A DNA stretch of 64,000 bases from an uncultured Lachnospiraceae bacterium (GCA_944384025.1 CALWRS010000004.1:34581-98580); one strand, 5' to 3'. Positions 49,501 through 59,372 are shown, counted from the first letter of the stretch. Numbers and translations are program-made. Notes: generated by a model from the letters alone, not told the origin.

Positions 49501-49959
49501 TTATTTCTTCACCGGGTCTTTATCCGCATAAGAGTGGAAGAACTCTGTAAGAGAATACAGGCAGCGAAGCAAAACGTTCGTCTCTTCCTCTGTCATTTCT
49601 TTTAGCACCGCACGCGCCATCTGCTCGTGGAACTCCTGATGATGCGCAAAGGCGCGAAGTCCCTTCTCCGTCAGCGAGATGTTTACAACGCGGCGGTCCG
49701 TTTCGCTTCTTTCCCGCAGCACATACATCTTTTTTACGAGCTGGTTCATAGATGTCGTAAGAGACCCTACCGTAATCCGCAGCCGTTTGGCAATCGTAGA
49801 CATGTTGCTGCCGTTTTCCAAACCAACCGCCTCAATAATGTGCATTTCGTTGTTGGAAAGATCGCGAAACTCGTCGGTAATAATCGCCTTTTCTTCAAGG
49901 TCAAGAATTTCATGGAACAGGTGCACTAAAACTTGGTTAATTGTTCGATAAGCGTCCAC
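49501..49959 (-). CDS. fabT: MarR-family regulator, FabT-like
   Basis: 152 aa. By eye it is colinear with S. pneumoniae FabT (EMH.I...G, T.G..T.S.N.L..K.Y..R.RS..DRRVV...LT.KG, FH..M, EEE). It is the last regulator-type gene of the fab operon. Confidence 0.65.
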   Translation of the reverse strand: MDAYRTINQVLVHLFHEILDLEEKAIITDEFRDLSNNEMHIIEAVGLENGSNMSTIAKRLRITVGSLTTSMNQLVKKMYVLRERSETDRRVVNISLTEKGLRAFAHHQEFHEQMARAVLKEMTEEETNVLLRCLYSLTEFFHSYADKDPVKK

Positions 49960-49988
49960 GCCGTTTGATCTCCTTTGTAAATCCTTCC

Positions 49989-51704
49989 CTACATTTTGCG
50001 GAATCGGGCGTAGCGTTCCCCGATAAGCTCCTCCGGTGCCTTGCCGCAGGTTCTTTCTAAAAATGCCGCAATCGAAGCATCCAGTTCCTTTACAAGTCCG
50101 CCCATCGTTTCTTTGTTAAACGTTTCCGGTTCTGCAAACACACGCTCCACAACGCCTAACTCCAGCAAGTCGTTTGCGGTAATTTTCATTACCTGCGCCG
50201 CTTCCTGCGCCCGCTTGCTGTCCTTCCAAAGAATACTTGCGTAGCCTTCGGGGGAGAGAATCGAGTAGATGGAGTTTTCCAAAAGCCAGACTTCATCGGC
50301 AACCGCAAGCGCAAGTGCGCCGCCGCTTCCGCCTTCGCCAATGACAATGGAAAGCACCGGAGTCTTTAAACCGGAGAGCAAAAACAGATTGTCGGCAATG
50401 GCCGCGCCCTGTCCTCTTGCTTCCGCCTCCAGCCCGCAAAAAGCACCAGGCGTATCGACAAAGCAAATAACCGGGCGTCCGAATTTTTCCGCCTGCTCCA
50501 TCAGCCGTTTGGCCTTGCGATATCCTTCCGGAGAAGGCATTCCGAAGTTGCGCTTTACAAGCTCTTTTGTATTGTGCCCTTTCATCTGTGCAATTACCGT
50601 GACAGGTCTGCCGTGAAACGATGCAATTCCTCCCACAACAGCGGCGTCGTCGCCAAAAAGCTTATCTCCGTGCATTTCGCAAAAGTCCGGAAACAAAGTC
50701 GAAATATAGTCTTCTCCAACAGGCCTTTCGCGGTTGCGGGAAAGAAGCACTCTCTCCCACGGCGTCTTCCCTTTTCGCTTTCCTACGCTAACGCTTTTTA
50801 ATTCCGCAGCGGCCTTTTGGGGCGCTTCGTCTTTTTGCACGTTATTTTCCGGCTCGTCTGCTTTGTAGCCGTGAAGCCTTAAAATTGTCTGGAGACGGGA
50901 TTTGAGCTCGCCTCTTGGGACAATCTGATCTACAAAGCCGTGCTCCAAAAGATATTCCGCGCTCTGAAATCCTTTCGGGAGCTTTTGGCCAATCGTTTGC
51001 TCAATCACACGCGGCCCGGCAAAACCGATCATTGCCTCTGGCTCCGCAAGCGTCACATCTCCAAGCATGGCAAAACTCGCCGTAACGCCGCCGGTTGTCG
51101 GATCGGTCAGCACGGATATATACAATTCTCCCGCGTCGCCATGGCGTCTTAGCGCCTGTGAGGTTTTTGCCATCTGCATCAAAGAGACAATTCCCTCCTG
51201 CATTCTGGCTCCGCCCGAGCATGCCACTAAAATTACCGGAAGATGCTCTTTTGTCGCCTGCTCCACAAGACGCGCAATCTTTTCGCCTACAACGCGTCCC
51301 ATGCTGGCCATCATAAACCGTCCGTCACATACGCCAATCGCCGTCCGAATTCCGCCAATCGTTGCAAAGCCGGTTACAATCGCCTCGTCCAAACCGGTCT
51401 TTTCGCGAAGCCTCGCAAGCTTTTCTTCGTAGCCCGCCGTTTGCAGCGGATTTTCCACCAGCAAGTCGGTAAACGCAGGGCGAAAACTTCCCCGATCGGT
51501 TAAAAGCGCAATCCGCTGGTCTGCTTTCATCCGGAAATACGCGCCGCACTTCGGGCAAATTTCTCCGTGGTTACGGACGTCCTCCGCAAATAAAGCAGAA
51601 TTGCATTTTTTACATTTGCGCAAAAGCCCTGCCGGAACTTTTGGCGTGTCTACCCGAACCGTAACGTAATTTCGGGGCGTTTTCTTAAAAAAATCAGACA
51701 ACAT
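49989..51704 (-). CDS. accD/accA: Acetyl-CoA carboxylase carboxyltransferase, fused beta (AccD) and alpha (AccA) subunits
   Basis: 571 aa. The N-terminal part has the AccD zinc ribbon (CKKCNSA...CPKCGAYF) and a CT-beta domain. After a linker at about aa 281-312, AccA blocks follow (TPWERVLLSRNRERP, GFAGPR-type, GEGGSGGALA). Confidence 0.85.
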   Translation of the reverse strand: MLSDFFKKTPRNYVTVRVDTPKVPAGLLRKCKKCNSALFAEDVRNHGEICPKCGAYFRMKADQRIALLTDRGSFRPAFTDLLVENPLQTAGYEEKLARLREKTGLDEAIVTGFATIGGIRTAIGVCDGRFMMASMGRVVGEKIARLVEQATKEHLPVILVACSGGARMQEGIVSLMQMAKTSQALRRHGDAGELYISVLTDPTTGGVTASFAMLGDVTLAEPEAMIGFAGPRVIEQTIGQKLPKGFQSAEYLLEHGFVDQIVPRGELKSRLQTILRLHGYKADEPENNVQKDEAPQKAAAELKSVSVGKRKGKTPWERVLLSRNRERPVGEDYISTLFPDFCEMHGDKLFGDDAAVVGGIASFHGRPVTVIAQMKGHNTKELVKRNFGMPSPEGYRKAKRLMEQAEKFGRPVICFVDTPGAFCGLEAEARGQGAAIADNLFLLSGLKTPVLSIVIGEGGSGGALALAVADEVWLLENSIYSILSPEGYASILWKDSKRAQEAAQVMKITANDLLELGVVERVFAEPETFNKETMGGLVKELDASIAAFLERTCGKAPEELIGERYARFRKM

Positions 51705-53073
51705 CGTCTTCTACCTCTTTTTGCTGTTCTTGGCGACGGGAAAATTCTTCGAGGAAATTTACCGTAATATCGCCCTTTTCAAACGCAGGGTCGTTTAAAA
51801 TGTCGTACTGGTAATCCAGATTCGTATGAATTCCCTCAATAATCACTTCGCCTAACGCACTTCGCATTTTCCAGATTGCTTCCTCTCTGTTCGGCGCGTG
51901 AACAATTAGCTTAGCGAGCATAGAATCGTAATACGGCGTCACCTCATAACCTGCGTAAATGGCCGTATCTACCCGCACACCGTTTCCTCCCGGAAGATAA
52001 AGCTGCTTGATTTGTCCCGAAGAAGGACGAAACTTATGCGCCGGATCTTCCGCGTTAATGCGGCATTCGATGGCGTGTCCCCGCAAAATTACATCCTCCT
52101 GCTTTAAAGAAAGCGGTTTCCCTTCGGCAATGCGAATCTGCTCTTTTACAAGGTCAACGCCCGTTACGCACTCCGTAATCGGATGCTCCACCTGAATGCG
52201 CGTATTCATTTCCATAAAGTAAAAGCGTCCGTTTTGATCAAGCAAAAACTCAATCGTTCCAGCGTTTTCATACCCTGCCGCGCGCGCCGCCAAAACCGCG
52301 ACTTTTCCCATCTCCGCGCGAAGCGTCACCGAAAGCGCTTCGCAGGGCGCTTCCTCGATCATCTTTTGGTGATTGCGCTGGATTGAGCAGTCGCGCTCTC
52401 CCAGATGAATGACGTGTCCGTATTTATCCGCAAGAATCTGGAACTCAATGTGTCTTGGATTTTGCACGTAGTGCTCCAAATACATTTCGCGGCTGCCAAA
52501 CGCCATTTCGCTTTCCTTTTGCGCCGTTTGAAAAGCTACCGTAAAGTCTTTTTCACTTGCGGCTACGCGCATTCCTTTCCCGCCGCCGCCAAGCACTGCC
52601 TTAATAATAACCGGATAGCCAATCTCCGCCGCAACTTCTCTTCCGCGTTCTTCGGATAGTATCACTTCTTCGCTGCCGGGAATGACCGGAACACCGGCGG
52701 CAACCATCGTCGCCCTTGCCTGCGACTTATTTCCCAGCCGCTCGATAACCGAACTGTCCGGCCCTACAAACGTAATCCCGCACGTTTTGCAAACTGCAGC
52801 AAACCGGCTGTTTTCCGAGAGAAAGCCAAAGCCCGGATGAATGGCATCGGCTCCGGTGGCAATCGCCGCGCTTAGAATGCTCTCCATATTCAAATAGCTG
52901 TCCACGGAGCGGTAATCGCCAATGCAAATCGCTTCGCTTGCCAGCTGCGTATGCAGCGCGTTTCGGTCCGCCGTAGAAAATACCGCTACCGTCTCAATTC
53001 CAAGCTCGCGACAGGCGCGGATAATCCGAACGGCAATCTCTCCCCGGTTGGCAATCAAAAGTTTACGAATCAT
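51694..53073 (-). CDS. accC: Biotin carboxylase
   Basis: MIRKLLIANRGEIAVRIIRAC and the ATP-grasp blocks. Start set to the ATG at 53073 after GGGAGGA; the track start is TTG. Confidence 0.93.
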   Translation of the reverse strand: MIRKLLIANRGEIAVRIIRACRELGIETVAVFSTADRNALHTQLASEAICIGDYRSVDSYLNMESILSAAIATGADAIHPGFGFLSENSRFAAVCKTCGITFVGPDSSVIERLGNKSQARATMVAAGVPVIPGSEEVILSEERGREVAAEIGYPVIIKAVLGGGGKGMRVAASEKDFTVAFQTAQKESEMAFGSREMYLEHYVQNPRHIEFQILADKYGHVIHLGERDCSIQRNHQKMIEEAPCEALSVTLRAEMGKVAVLAARAAGYENAGTIEFLLDQNGRFYFMEMNTRIQVEHPITECVTGVDLVKEQIRIAEGKPLSLKQEDVILRGHAIECRINAEDPAHKFRPSSGQIKQLYLPGGNGVRVDTAIYAGYEVTPYYDSMLAKLIVHAPNREEAIWKMRSALGEVIIEGIHTNLDYQYDILNDPAFEKGDITVNFLEEFSRRQEQQKEVEDDVV

Positions 53074-53096
53074 AGTTCCTCCCTGTCCGTTGTCCG

Positions 53097-53528
53097 TCAA
53101 CCTACGACAAAGGTAAGCTCTGCCTGCGCGACTACGTTGCCGTCCACTGTGGCAACGGCGCTTCCAACGCCGATTGGCCCTTTCTGGCGGATAATGCGGG
53201 TTTCTAAGCGCAGCTTATCTCCGGGCACAACTTTTCCGCGAAAGCGACACTTGTTAATGCCTCCAAAAAAGGCAAGCTTTCCTTTGTTTTCCTCGCAGCT
53301 TAAAATAGCGACTGCGCCGACTTGCGCAAGCGCCTCGATTGTGAGTACGCCCGGCATAACCGGCTCTATCGGGAAATGTCCTTGGAAGAAATCTTCCCGA
53401 TAGGATACGCATTTTGTCCCAATGGCATACTCTCCCGGCACATAATCCTCAATCGTATCAATTAAGAGAAAAGGGTACCGGTGCGGAAGGATTTGCTCTA
53501 TCTGCTTTACCGTCAGTCGTTCTCCCAT
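53097..53528 (-). CDS. fabZ: 3-hydroxyacyl-ACP dehydratase
   Basis: 143 aa. [22 protein letters not shown]. Confidence 0.93.
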   Translation of the reverse strand: MGERLTVKQIEQILPHRYPFLLIDTIEDYVPGEYAIGTKCVSYREDFFQGHFPIEPVMPGVLTIEALAQVGAVAILSCEENKGKLAFFGGINKCRFRGKVVPGDKLRLETRIIRQKGPIGVGSAVATVDGNVVAQAELTFVVG

Positions 53529-53543
53529 GCTTTCGTATCTCCT

Positions 53544-53981
53544 TTATCTGATTTCAAATAACGGCTGGCCGTATTCTACGGTCTGCCCGTTTTCTACAAG
53601 CACCCGCGCTACTTCCCCGCCATACTCGCTTTCAATTTCGTTCATCAGCTTCATTGCTTCCACAATTGCAAGAACCTGTCCTTTTTTTACCGTATCGCCT
53701 TCCTGAACAAACGGGGGTTCTCCCTCCGCAGGTCCAAGATAAACCGTTCCGACAAGAGGAGAAACAACAACCTTCCCTTCCATGCTTCCCGCTTCCTGTA
53801 TCGGCGACGCCGCGTCCACAGGCGCTATAGGCGCTTCCGCCGGATACGAGGGCTTCTCAGAGATTACGACTTTGCTTTCCTTTTTCAGCGTAAATCTGCC
53901 TTCCTCCCACTCGTACTCAAGCTCTGTTAAGCCGTATTCGCTCATGGCGCGAATCAATTCTTTCATTTCGCTAACCTGCAT
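53544..53981 (-). CDS. accB: Biotin carboxyl carrier protein
   Basis: 145 aa. Biotinylation motif EAMKLMNEIE in the C-terminal lipoyl-like domain. Confidence 0.9.
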   Translation of the reverse strand: MQVSEMKELIRAMSEYGLTELEYEWEEGRFTLKKESKVVISEKPSYPAEAPIAPVDAASPIQEAGSMEGKVVVSPLVGTVYLGPAEGEPPFVQEGDTVKKGQVLAIVEAMKLMNEIESEYGGEVARVLVENGQTVEYGQPLFEIR

Positions 53982-53986
53982 ACCAT

Positions 53987-55228
53987 TTACCTCGATTCTT
54001 CATATGCTTGGAACAGAATTGTTCCGTTATGTCCGCCAAAGCCAAGGGAATTGGAGAGCACCGTGCGCACCGTTTTTTCCTTCGGAGCGCCAAAAGTGTA
54101 ATCCAGATCGCACTCTTCGTCCGCGTCCTTTGACCCGATTGTCTGATGAATAAAGCCTTCCTGAATACTCTTTACGCAAACGATCGCTTCTACGCCTCCC
54201 GCAGCCCCAAGCAAATGTCCAATCATGGACTTTGTAGAGTTGATGGAAACTGTCTTCGCCGCTTCCCCAAATGCAAGGTGAATCGCGCGGGTTTCAAACA
54301 AATCGTTCAGGTGCGTACTCGTTCCGTGCGCATTAATATAATCCACTTCCTCCGGTCTGACGCCGGCTTCCTGCATGGCAATTTCCATTGCCTTTGCCGC
54401 GCCGCTGCCATCTTCCGCCGGAGACGTAATATGAAACGCATCGCAAGTTGCGCCGTAGCCGGTAATTTCCGCAAAAATTTCCGCGCCTCTTGCCTTTGCG
54501 TGAGAAAGCTCTTCTAATACAAGCACACCCGCGCCCTCGCCGATAACAAAACCGCTGCGGTTTTTATCAAACGGGATGGAGGCTTTTGCCGGATCCGGCT
54601 GCGTGCTAAGAGCGGTCAGGTTCGTAAATCCGGAAACGCCAATCGGGGTAATGGTGCTTTCCGCGCCGCCCGCAACGCATACGTCCATTTCGCCGTACTT
54701 AATCGCGTGGAACGCTTCGCCGATGCAGTGCGTCCCTGTAGCACATGCCGTTGTAATATCTAAGCACTTGCCTTTAAGACCATACGCAATCGCCACGTTT
54801 CCCGCCGCCATATTGGTAATCATCATCGGAATCAATAACGGCTTTACGCGGGAAGGGCCTTTTGCTAAAAGGCGCTCGTGCTCCTGCTCAAGCTCCCAAA
54901 GCCCGCCGACGCCGGAGCCGATGTATACGCCAACGCGATATGGATCTTCTTTTTCCATCGACAGCTTTGCCTGCGAAAGCGCTTCGCCGGCAGCAACAAC
55001 TGCGTACTGGGAAAATGCCGACATTCTTCTTGCGGCGCGTGCGTCCATGCGCGCTCCCACGTCAAGGTTTTTCACCTCGGCAGCGATTTTTACTTTATAG
55101 TCCGAAGTGTCAAAGCGGGTGATTTCTCCGATTCCCAGCGTTCCCCTGCGAACATTGCTCCAAAATTCTTCCGTCGTATTTCCAATGGGCGTTACCGCGC
55201 CCATTCCTGTAATTACAACTCGTCTCAC
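53987..55228 (-). CDS. fabF: 3-oxoacyl-ACP synthase II
   Basis: 413 aa. RVVITGMGAVTPIG, active-site ACATG, HGTST and GFGGHN. Confidence 0.93.
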   Translation of the reverse strand: MRRVVITGMGAVTPIGNTTEEFWSNVRRGTLGIGEITRFDTSDYKVKIAAEVKNLDVGARMDARAARRMSAFSQYAVVAAGEALSQAKLSMEKEDPYRVGVYIGSGVGGLWELEQEHERLLAKGPSRVKPLLIPMMITNMAAGNVAIAYGLKGKCLDITTACATGTHCIGEAFHAIKYGEMDVCVAGGAESTITPIGVSGFTNLTALSTQPDPAKASIPFDKNRSGFVIGEGAGVLVLEELSHAKARGAEIFAEITGYGATCDAFHITSPAEDGSGAAKAMEIAMQEAGVRPEEVDYINAHGTSTHLNDLFETRAIHLAFGEAAKTVSINSTKSMIGHLLGAAGGVEAIVCVKSIQEGFIHQTIGSKDADEECDLDYTFGAPKEKTVRTVLSNSLGFGGHNGTILFQAYEESR

Positions 55229-55247
55229 TCTTTTTCTCTCCTTCGTC

Positions 55248-55988
55248 CTACATTGCCATACCGCCGTCTACGCCGAGCACTTGACCGGTAATATATCCTG
55301 CTTCCGCCGACGCCAAAAACGAAACCGCTGCCGCAATATCCTCCGGCTTTCCAAACCGCTTTTGCGGAATTTGCTGCGCCGCCGCCGTGCGTACTTCCTC
55401 CGAGAGTTTTTCCGTCATGTCGGTTTCAATAAATCCAGGAGCGATCGCATTAACGGTTACGCCTCTTCCGGCAAGCTCTCTTGCGACCGTCTTTGTAAAG
55501 CCGATAATGCCGGCTTTCGAAGCTGCGTAATTGGCCTGACCTGCGTTTCCCATTACACCGGACACCGAAGATATGTTAATAATCCGTCCGCTGCGCTTGC
55601 GAATCATTCCTCTAGCCGCCGCCTTCGTACAGTAAAAACAGCCGTACAGGTTTGTCCGGACAACCTGATCAAAGTCCTCCGGAGTCATGGCAATCAAAAG
55701 CCCGTCGCGGTTAATGCCCGCATTGTTTACGAGAATATCGACCGCTCCATATTCTTTGCGCACACCGTCCATCATTTCCTGACAGGCCGCGGCGTCCGCT
55801 ACGTTGCATTGCCAAAGCGCTGCCTTCCCGCCGTTTTCCTCAATTTCTTTTTTTACCTGTTCCGCACGCTCCTGCGATCCCTGATAGTTGATAATTACCA
55901 AAGCGCCGTCCATTGCCAAACGCTTGGCAATCGCCGCGCCAATTCCGCGGGATGCGCCGGTTACAACGGCAACCTGTCCTTCCAGCAT
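55248..55988 (-). CDS. fabG: 3-oxoacyl-ACP reductase
   Basis: 246 aa. VAVVTGASRGIG, NNAGI, YAASKAG. Confidence 0.92.
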   Translation of the reverse strand: MLEGQVAVVTGASRGIGAAIAKRLAMDGALVIINYQGSQERAEQVKKEIEENGGKAALWQCNVADAAACQEMMDGVRKEYGAVDILVNNAGINRDGLLIAMTPEDFDQVVRTNLYGCFYCTKAAARGMIRKRSGRIINISSVSGVMGNAGQANYAASKAGIIGFTKTVARELAGRGVTVNAIAPGFIETDMTEKLSEEVRTAAAQQIPQKRFGKPEDIAAAVSFLASAEAGYITGQVLGVDGGMAM

Positions 55989-56013
55989 CTTAACCTCCCA
56001 TTTTTGAGCCGAC

Positions 56014-56937
56014 CTAGCGAGCCCAGCTCTCCTTCAGTTTTTCGTAATCGTCCCAGCTTCCCACGTTCCAAACGCGCAGCTCGGGCGCTATCTTTTTCAT
56101 AAATCCGGCAATTGTCTTGCCCGGGCCAATTTCTACAAACGTGTCTACTCCGTTTGCAATCATTTCGCGCATGCTTTGCTCCCAGCGAACCGAAGACGCC
56201 ACCTGGCGCACGAGCAGTTCTCTAATTTCGGATTCGTCCGTTACGTACTTTGCATTTACATTGGCAACGTAAGGATGTTTCAAAGGGAAAAGGCGAATTT
56301 CTTCCAAAGTTTCGCGCAATTTTTCTCCCGCGCCCTGCAAGTACGGAGAATGAAACGGTCCGCTGACTTTAAGCGGAATAACGCGCTTCGCGCCGGCCTC
56401 CATAAGGAGGTTTTGCGCTTCGCTAAGTCCGTTAGCCGCGCCGGTTACAACGACTTGTCCGGGACAGTTATAATTTGCCACCGTAACTGTCTTAAGTCCG
56501 GCAATCGCCTGCTCTACCTGTTCTCCGGTAAGCCCAAGCACCGCGCTCATCCCGCCTTGTCCCGACGGAACTGCTTCGCTCATGAAAATGCCTCTTTTTC
56601 GAACCGCTAAAACAGCGTCTTCCGGCTTCATCGCTCCGGCTGCCGCAAGCGCCGCATATTCTCCAAGACTTAACCCGGCCGTTACGTCCGGCTCAATGCC
56701 AAGCGCGGTCACTTCTGCGGTCATTGCAAGGCACGTAGCGACAAGCGCCGCCTGCGTATATTCTGTCTCGTTTAACCGTTCGTCTTCTTCAAAGCAAAGC
56801 TGCAGCAAGGGAAAGTCAAGGATGCTTTGCGCCATATCGTATATCTTTCTGGCATTGCTTCCGTTTTCGTAAAAATCCTTTCCCATTCCGGGTTTTTGTG
56901 CACCCTGTCCCGGATATACAAACGCAATCTTTCCCAT
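56014..56937 (-). CDS. fabD: Malonyl CoA-ACP transacylase
   Basis: 307 aa. FVYPGQGAQKPGMG and the active-site GLSLGEY. Confidence 0.92.
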   Translation of the reverse strand: MGKIAFVYPGQGAQKPGMGKDFYENGSNARKIYDMAQSILDFPLLQLCFEEDERLNETEYTQAALVATCLAMTAEVTALGIEPDVTAGLSLGEYAALAAAGAMKPEDAVLAVRKRGIFMSEAVPSGQGGMSAVLGLTGEQVEQAIAGLKTVTVANYNCPGQVVVTGAANGLSEAQNLLMEAGAKRVIPLKVSGPFHSPYLQGAGEKLRETLEEIRLFPLKHPYVANVNAKYVTDESEIRELLVRQVASSVRWEQSMREMIANGVDTFVEIGPGKTIAGFMKKIAPELRVWNVGSWDDYEKLKESWAR

Positions 56938-56942
56938 GCTTC

Positions 56943-57887
56943 TTACTCTCCAAACAGCGTATTAACGTTTTGCAGTGCTTCGTGTGTTTGCTGCATCAGC
57001 TTCTCAAGCAGCTCGCGGCACGTTAGCTTCTCGTGCACAAGGCCCGCAATCTGCCCCGCCATAATGCTTCCGCTTTGCATATCGCCTTCTACAACCGCTT
57101 TGCGAAGACCGCCGAGCGTCAGCTGTTCCAGCTCCTCAAAAGACGCTCCTTCCGCTTCCTTGCGAAGGTACAGATTGGTCATCTGGTTGCGCAGGCAGCG
57201 TACCGGATGACCCGTTCCCCGACCGGTAACTTTGGAGTCGATATCCTTTGCCTGAAGCACACGTTCCTTGTAGTTTGGATGAACCGTAGACTCTTCCGTG
57301 GTAATAAAGCGCGTTCCCATTTGCACAGCTTTTGCGCCAAGCATAAACGCAGCGGCAATTCCTCTGCCGTCCGCAATGCCTCCGGCCGCAATAACCGGAA
57401 TCTGCACGGCATCGCAAACTTGGGGCACAAGCGCCATTGTCGTCAATTCGCCGATATGTCCGCCCGACTCCGTACCTTCCGCAACAACGGCATCCGCTCC
57501 GGCTCTCTCCATCCGTTTTGCAAGAGCAACGGACGCAACTACCGGAATAACCTTTACACCCATGGATTTCCAGCGCTCCATGTATTTTTCCGGGCTTCCT
57601 GCTCCGGTCGTAACGGCGCTGATTTTCGCTTTTGCAATAACTTCGGCAATCTGATCCGCCTCGGGATTCATTAACATCAAATTGACGCCAAACGGCTTAT
57701 CCGTCCGCTTTTTTGCGTTCCAAATCTGTTCTTCTACCCACGCCGCAGGCGCTCCGCCCGCGCCGATAATACCAAAGCCGCCCGCTTCCGATACTGCAGA
57801 TGCAAGCTTATGCTCCGCTACCCATGCCATACCGCCTTGGATAATCGGGTATTGTATTCCAAGCAATTTTGTGATTTCTGTGTTCAC
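56943..57887 (-). CDS. fabK: Enoyl-ACP reductase II (FMN-dependent, nitronate monooxygenase fold)
   Basis: 314 aa. YPIIQGGMAWV and GGIADGRG. Its position between acpP and fabD matches the streptococcal fab cluster. Confidence 0.88.
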   Translation of the reverse strand: MNTEITKLLGIQYPIIQGGMAWVAEHKLASAVSEAGGFGIIGAGGAPAAWVEEQIWNAKKRTDKPFGVNLMLMNPEADQIAEVIAKAKISAVTTGAGSPEKYMERWKSMGVKVIPVVASVALAKRMERAGADAVVAEGTESGGHIGELTTMALVPQVCDAVQIPVIAAGGIADGRGIAAAFMLGAKAVQMGTRFITTEESTVHPNYKERVLQAKDIDSKVTGRGTGHPVRCLRNQMTNLYLRKEAEGASFEELEQLTLGGLRKAVVEGDMQSGSIMAGQIAGLVHEKLTCRELLEKLMQQTHEALQNVNTLFGE

Positions 57888-57910
57888 TGACTTTCCCCTT
57901 TCCCTTTCAT

Positions 57911-58135
57911 TTACTGATGCTCTTCAATATATTTTACAACATCGGAAACCGTTTTAATCTGCTCCAAATCCTCTGCCGGAATGGAAATCTCATATTCTTC
58001 TTCCAGCGCCGTAACCAGTTCAAACAAATCAAGGGAGTCCGCTCCCAGATCTTCTTTAAATCTTGTTTCCATTGTGATTGTAGAAATCTCGGCTCCCAAT
58101 TGCTCTGCTACCATGCTCTGAACTTTTTCAAACAT
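57911..58135 (-). CDS. acpP: Acyl carrier protein
   Basis: 74 aa. Phosphopantetheine attachment motif [11 protein letters not shown]. Confidence 0.93.
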   Translation of the reverse strand: MFEKVQSMVAEQLGAEISTITMETRFKEDLGADSLDLFELVTALEEEYEISIPAEDLEQIKTVSDVVKYIEEHQ

Positions 58136-58224
58136 TTGTTGTTTTCTCCTTTTTCTGTGTTGTCCGCTCTTTTGCGGAATCGTTTATGTAATGCCGGTCT
58201 CCCGGTAATTACCTGAAATATCGG

Positions 58225-59214
58225 TTAAAAAATCACCTTCGTGGCCCCCCACGTCAGACCGCCTCCAAAGCCTGCTAAAACTAAGCACTGTCCGCGCTGA
58301 ATCTTGCCTTCGCGCACCATCTCATCCAGAAGGATAGGAATGCTTGCAGAGGACGTGTTTCCGTATTCTTCAAGGTTCATAGGGAACTTTTCTATGGGAG
58401 CTCCCAAGCGTTTTGCCGCTCCTTCGATAATCCTCGCATTTGCCTGGTGCAGCAAAAACCAGTCTACAGAATCCATTTCCATTTGCTCTTTTTCAAGCAG
58501 TTCGTGAATTCCCGCCGGAACTTGGCGAATGGCAAAGCGGAAAACTTCCTGCCCGTTCATCTGCATCCGCGTACGATGCCTTTTTTCTTCTTCGGACACC
58601 GCTGCCACCGTTCCCGGATAACCGTTTTCCATCCCATACGAAAATTCGCAAGTCAGCGCGTCGCCCTTTGCTCCGTCTGCATGCATAATCATGCCAAACT
58701 GTGCGCTTGGGTCTTCGCGAAGCACTGCTGCGCCCGCTCCGTCGCCAAACAAAATACAGCTGGAACGATCCGCCCATTCCGTAATCCGCGACAAGCCTTC
58801 CGCACCAATAACAAGTCCTGTTTTTATAACACCCATGCTGATGTAAGCCTGTACGGTGTTGTAAGCAGCCAAAAAACCGGTGCACGCAGCGTTTAAATCA
58901 AAACAGAGCGCATGTTCCGCGCCGATTCCACGCTGCACAAGGCAAGAGACGCTTGGCAGCATATGGTTGGAAGAGAGCGTCGAAACTACAATCATATCTA
59001 CCTCTTCCCCGCTCATTCCCGCCGCGTCAAGCGCGTTTTTTGCAGCGACAATCGCGAGCTCCTCCGGTGTTTCGTTCTCAAGAACATGGCGGAAGCCTAT
59101 GCCGGTTCTCTCCCGAATCCACTCGTCATTTGTTTCCAAAAATTCCGAAAGGTCGTTATTGCTAACCCTTCGTTTGGGCAGGCAGGAGCCTGTCCCGATG
59201 ATTTTTCCAAACAT
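58225..59214 (-). CDS. fabH: 3-oxoacyl-ACP synthase III
   Basis: MFGKIIGTGSCLP, TNDEWIRERTGI, NAACTGF, HQAN and GFGGG. Start set to the ATG at 59214. Confidence 0.92.
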   Translation of the reverse strand: MFGKIIGTGSCLPKRRVSNNDLSEFLETNDEWIRERTGIGFRHVLENETPEELAIVAAKNALDAAGMSGEEVDMIVVSTLSSNHMLPSVSCLVQRGIGAEHALCFDLNAACTGFLAAYNTVQAYISMGVIKTGLVIGAEGLSRITEWADRSSCILFGDGAGAAVLREDPSAQFGMIMHADGAKGDALTCEFSYGMENGYPGTVAAVSEEEKRHRTRMQMNGQEVFRFAIRQVPAGIHELLEKEQMEMDSVDWFLLHQANARIIEGAAKRLGAPIEKFPMNLEEYGNTSSASIPILLDEMVREGKIQRGQCLVLAGFGGGLTWGATKVIF

Positions 59215-59313
59215 GATTTTCCCCACTTCTGAGCGACCCGCTGTGCATCCCATACAAGCGCAAGGCAGGGTCGATTTTTTTGTTTTGCTGTCGAACTTCT
59301 TTATGGTAAAGTT

Positions 59314-59328
59314 GTTTGACTCTCAAAC
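59314..59328. promoter_or_regulatory. FabT-type operator palindrome
   Basis: GTTTGA-CTC-TCAAAC is a perfect 6-3-6 palindrome just downstream of the predicted fabH -10 element. It is nearly identical to the S. pneumoniae FabT box core (AGTTTGACTGTCAAATT). Confidence 0.6.
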
Positions 59329-59343
59329 TGTTAGCCCTTAAAG

Positions 59344-59372
59344 AGAATATAACGGAACGCCGTTTCTGTCAA
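59344..59372 (-). promoter_or_regulatory. Putative sigma-A promoter of the fab operon
   Basis: Minus strand reads TTGACA, 17 nt, TATTCT. Confidence 0.55.

Noticed and set aside
55107-56102. 331-aa plus-strand ORF
   Set aside because: It is antisense to fabF, fabG and fabD. It is Arg/Ser-rich and low-complexity. It is a shadow ORF.
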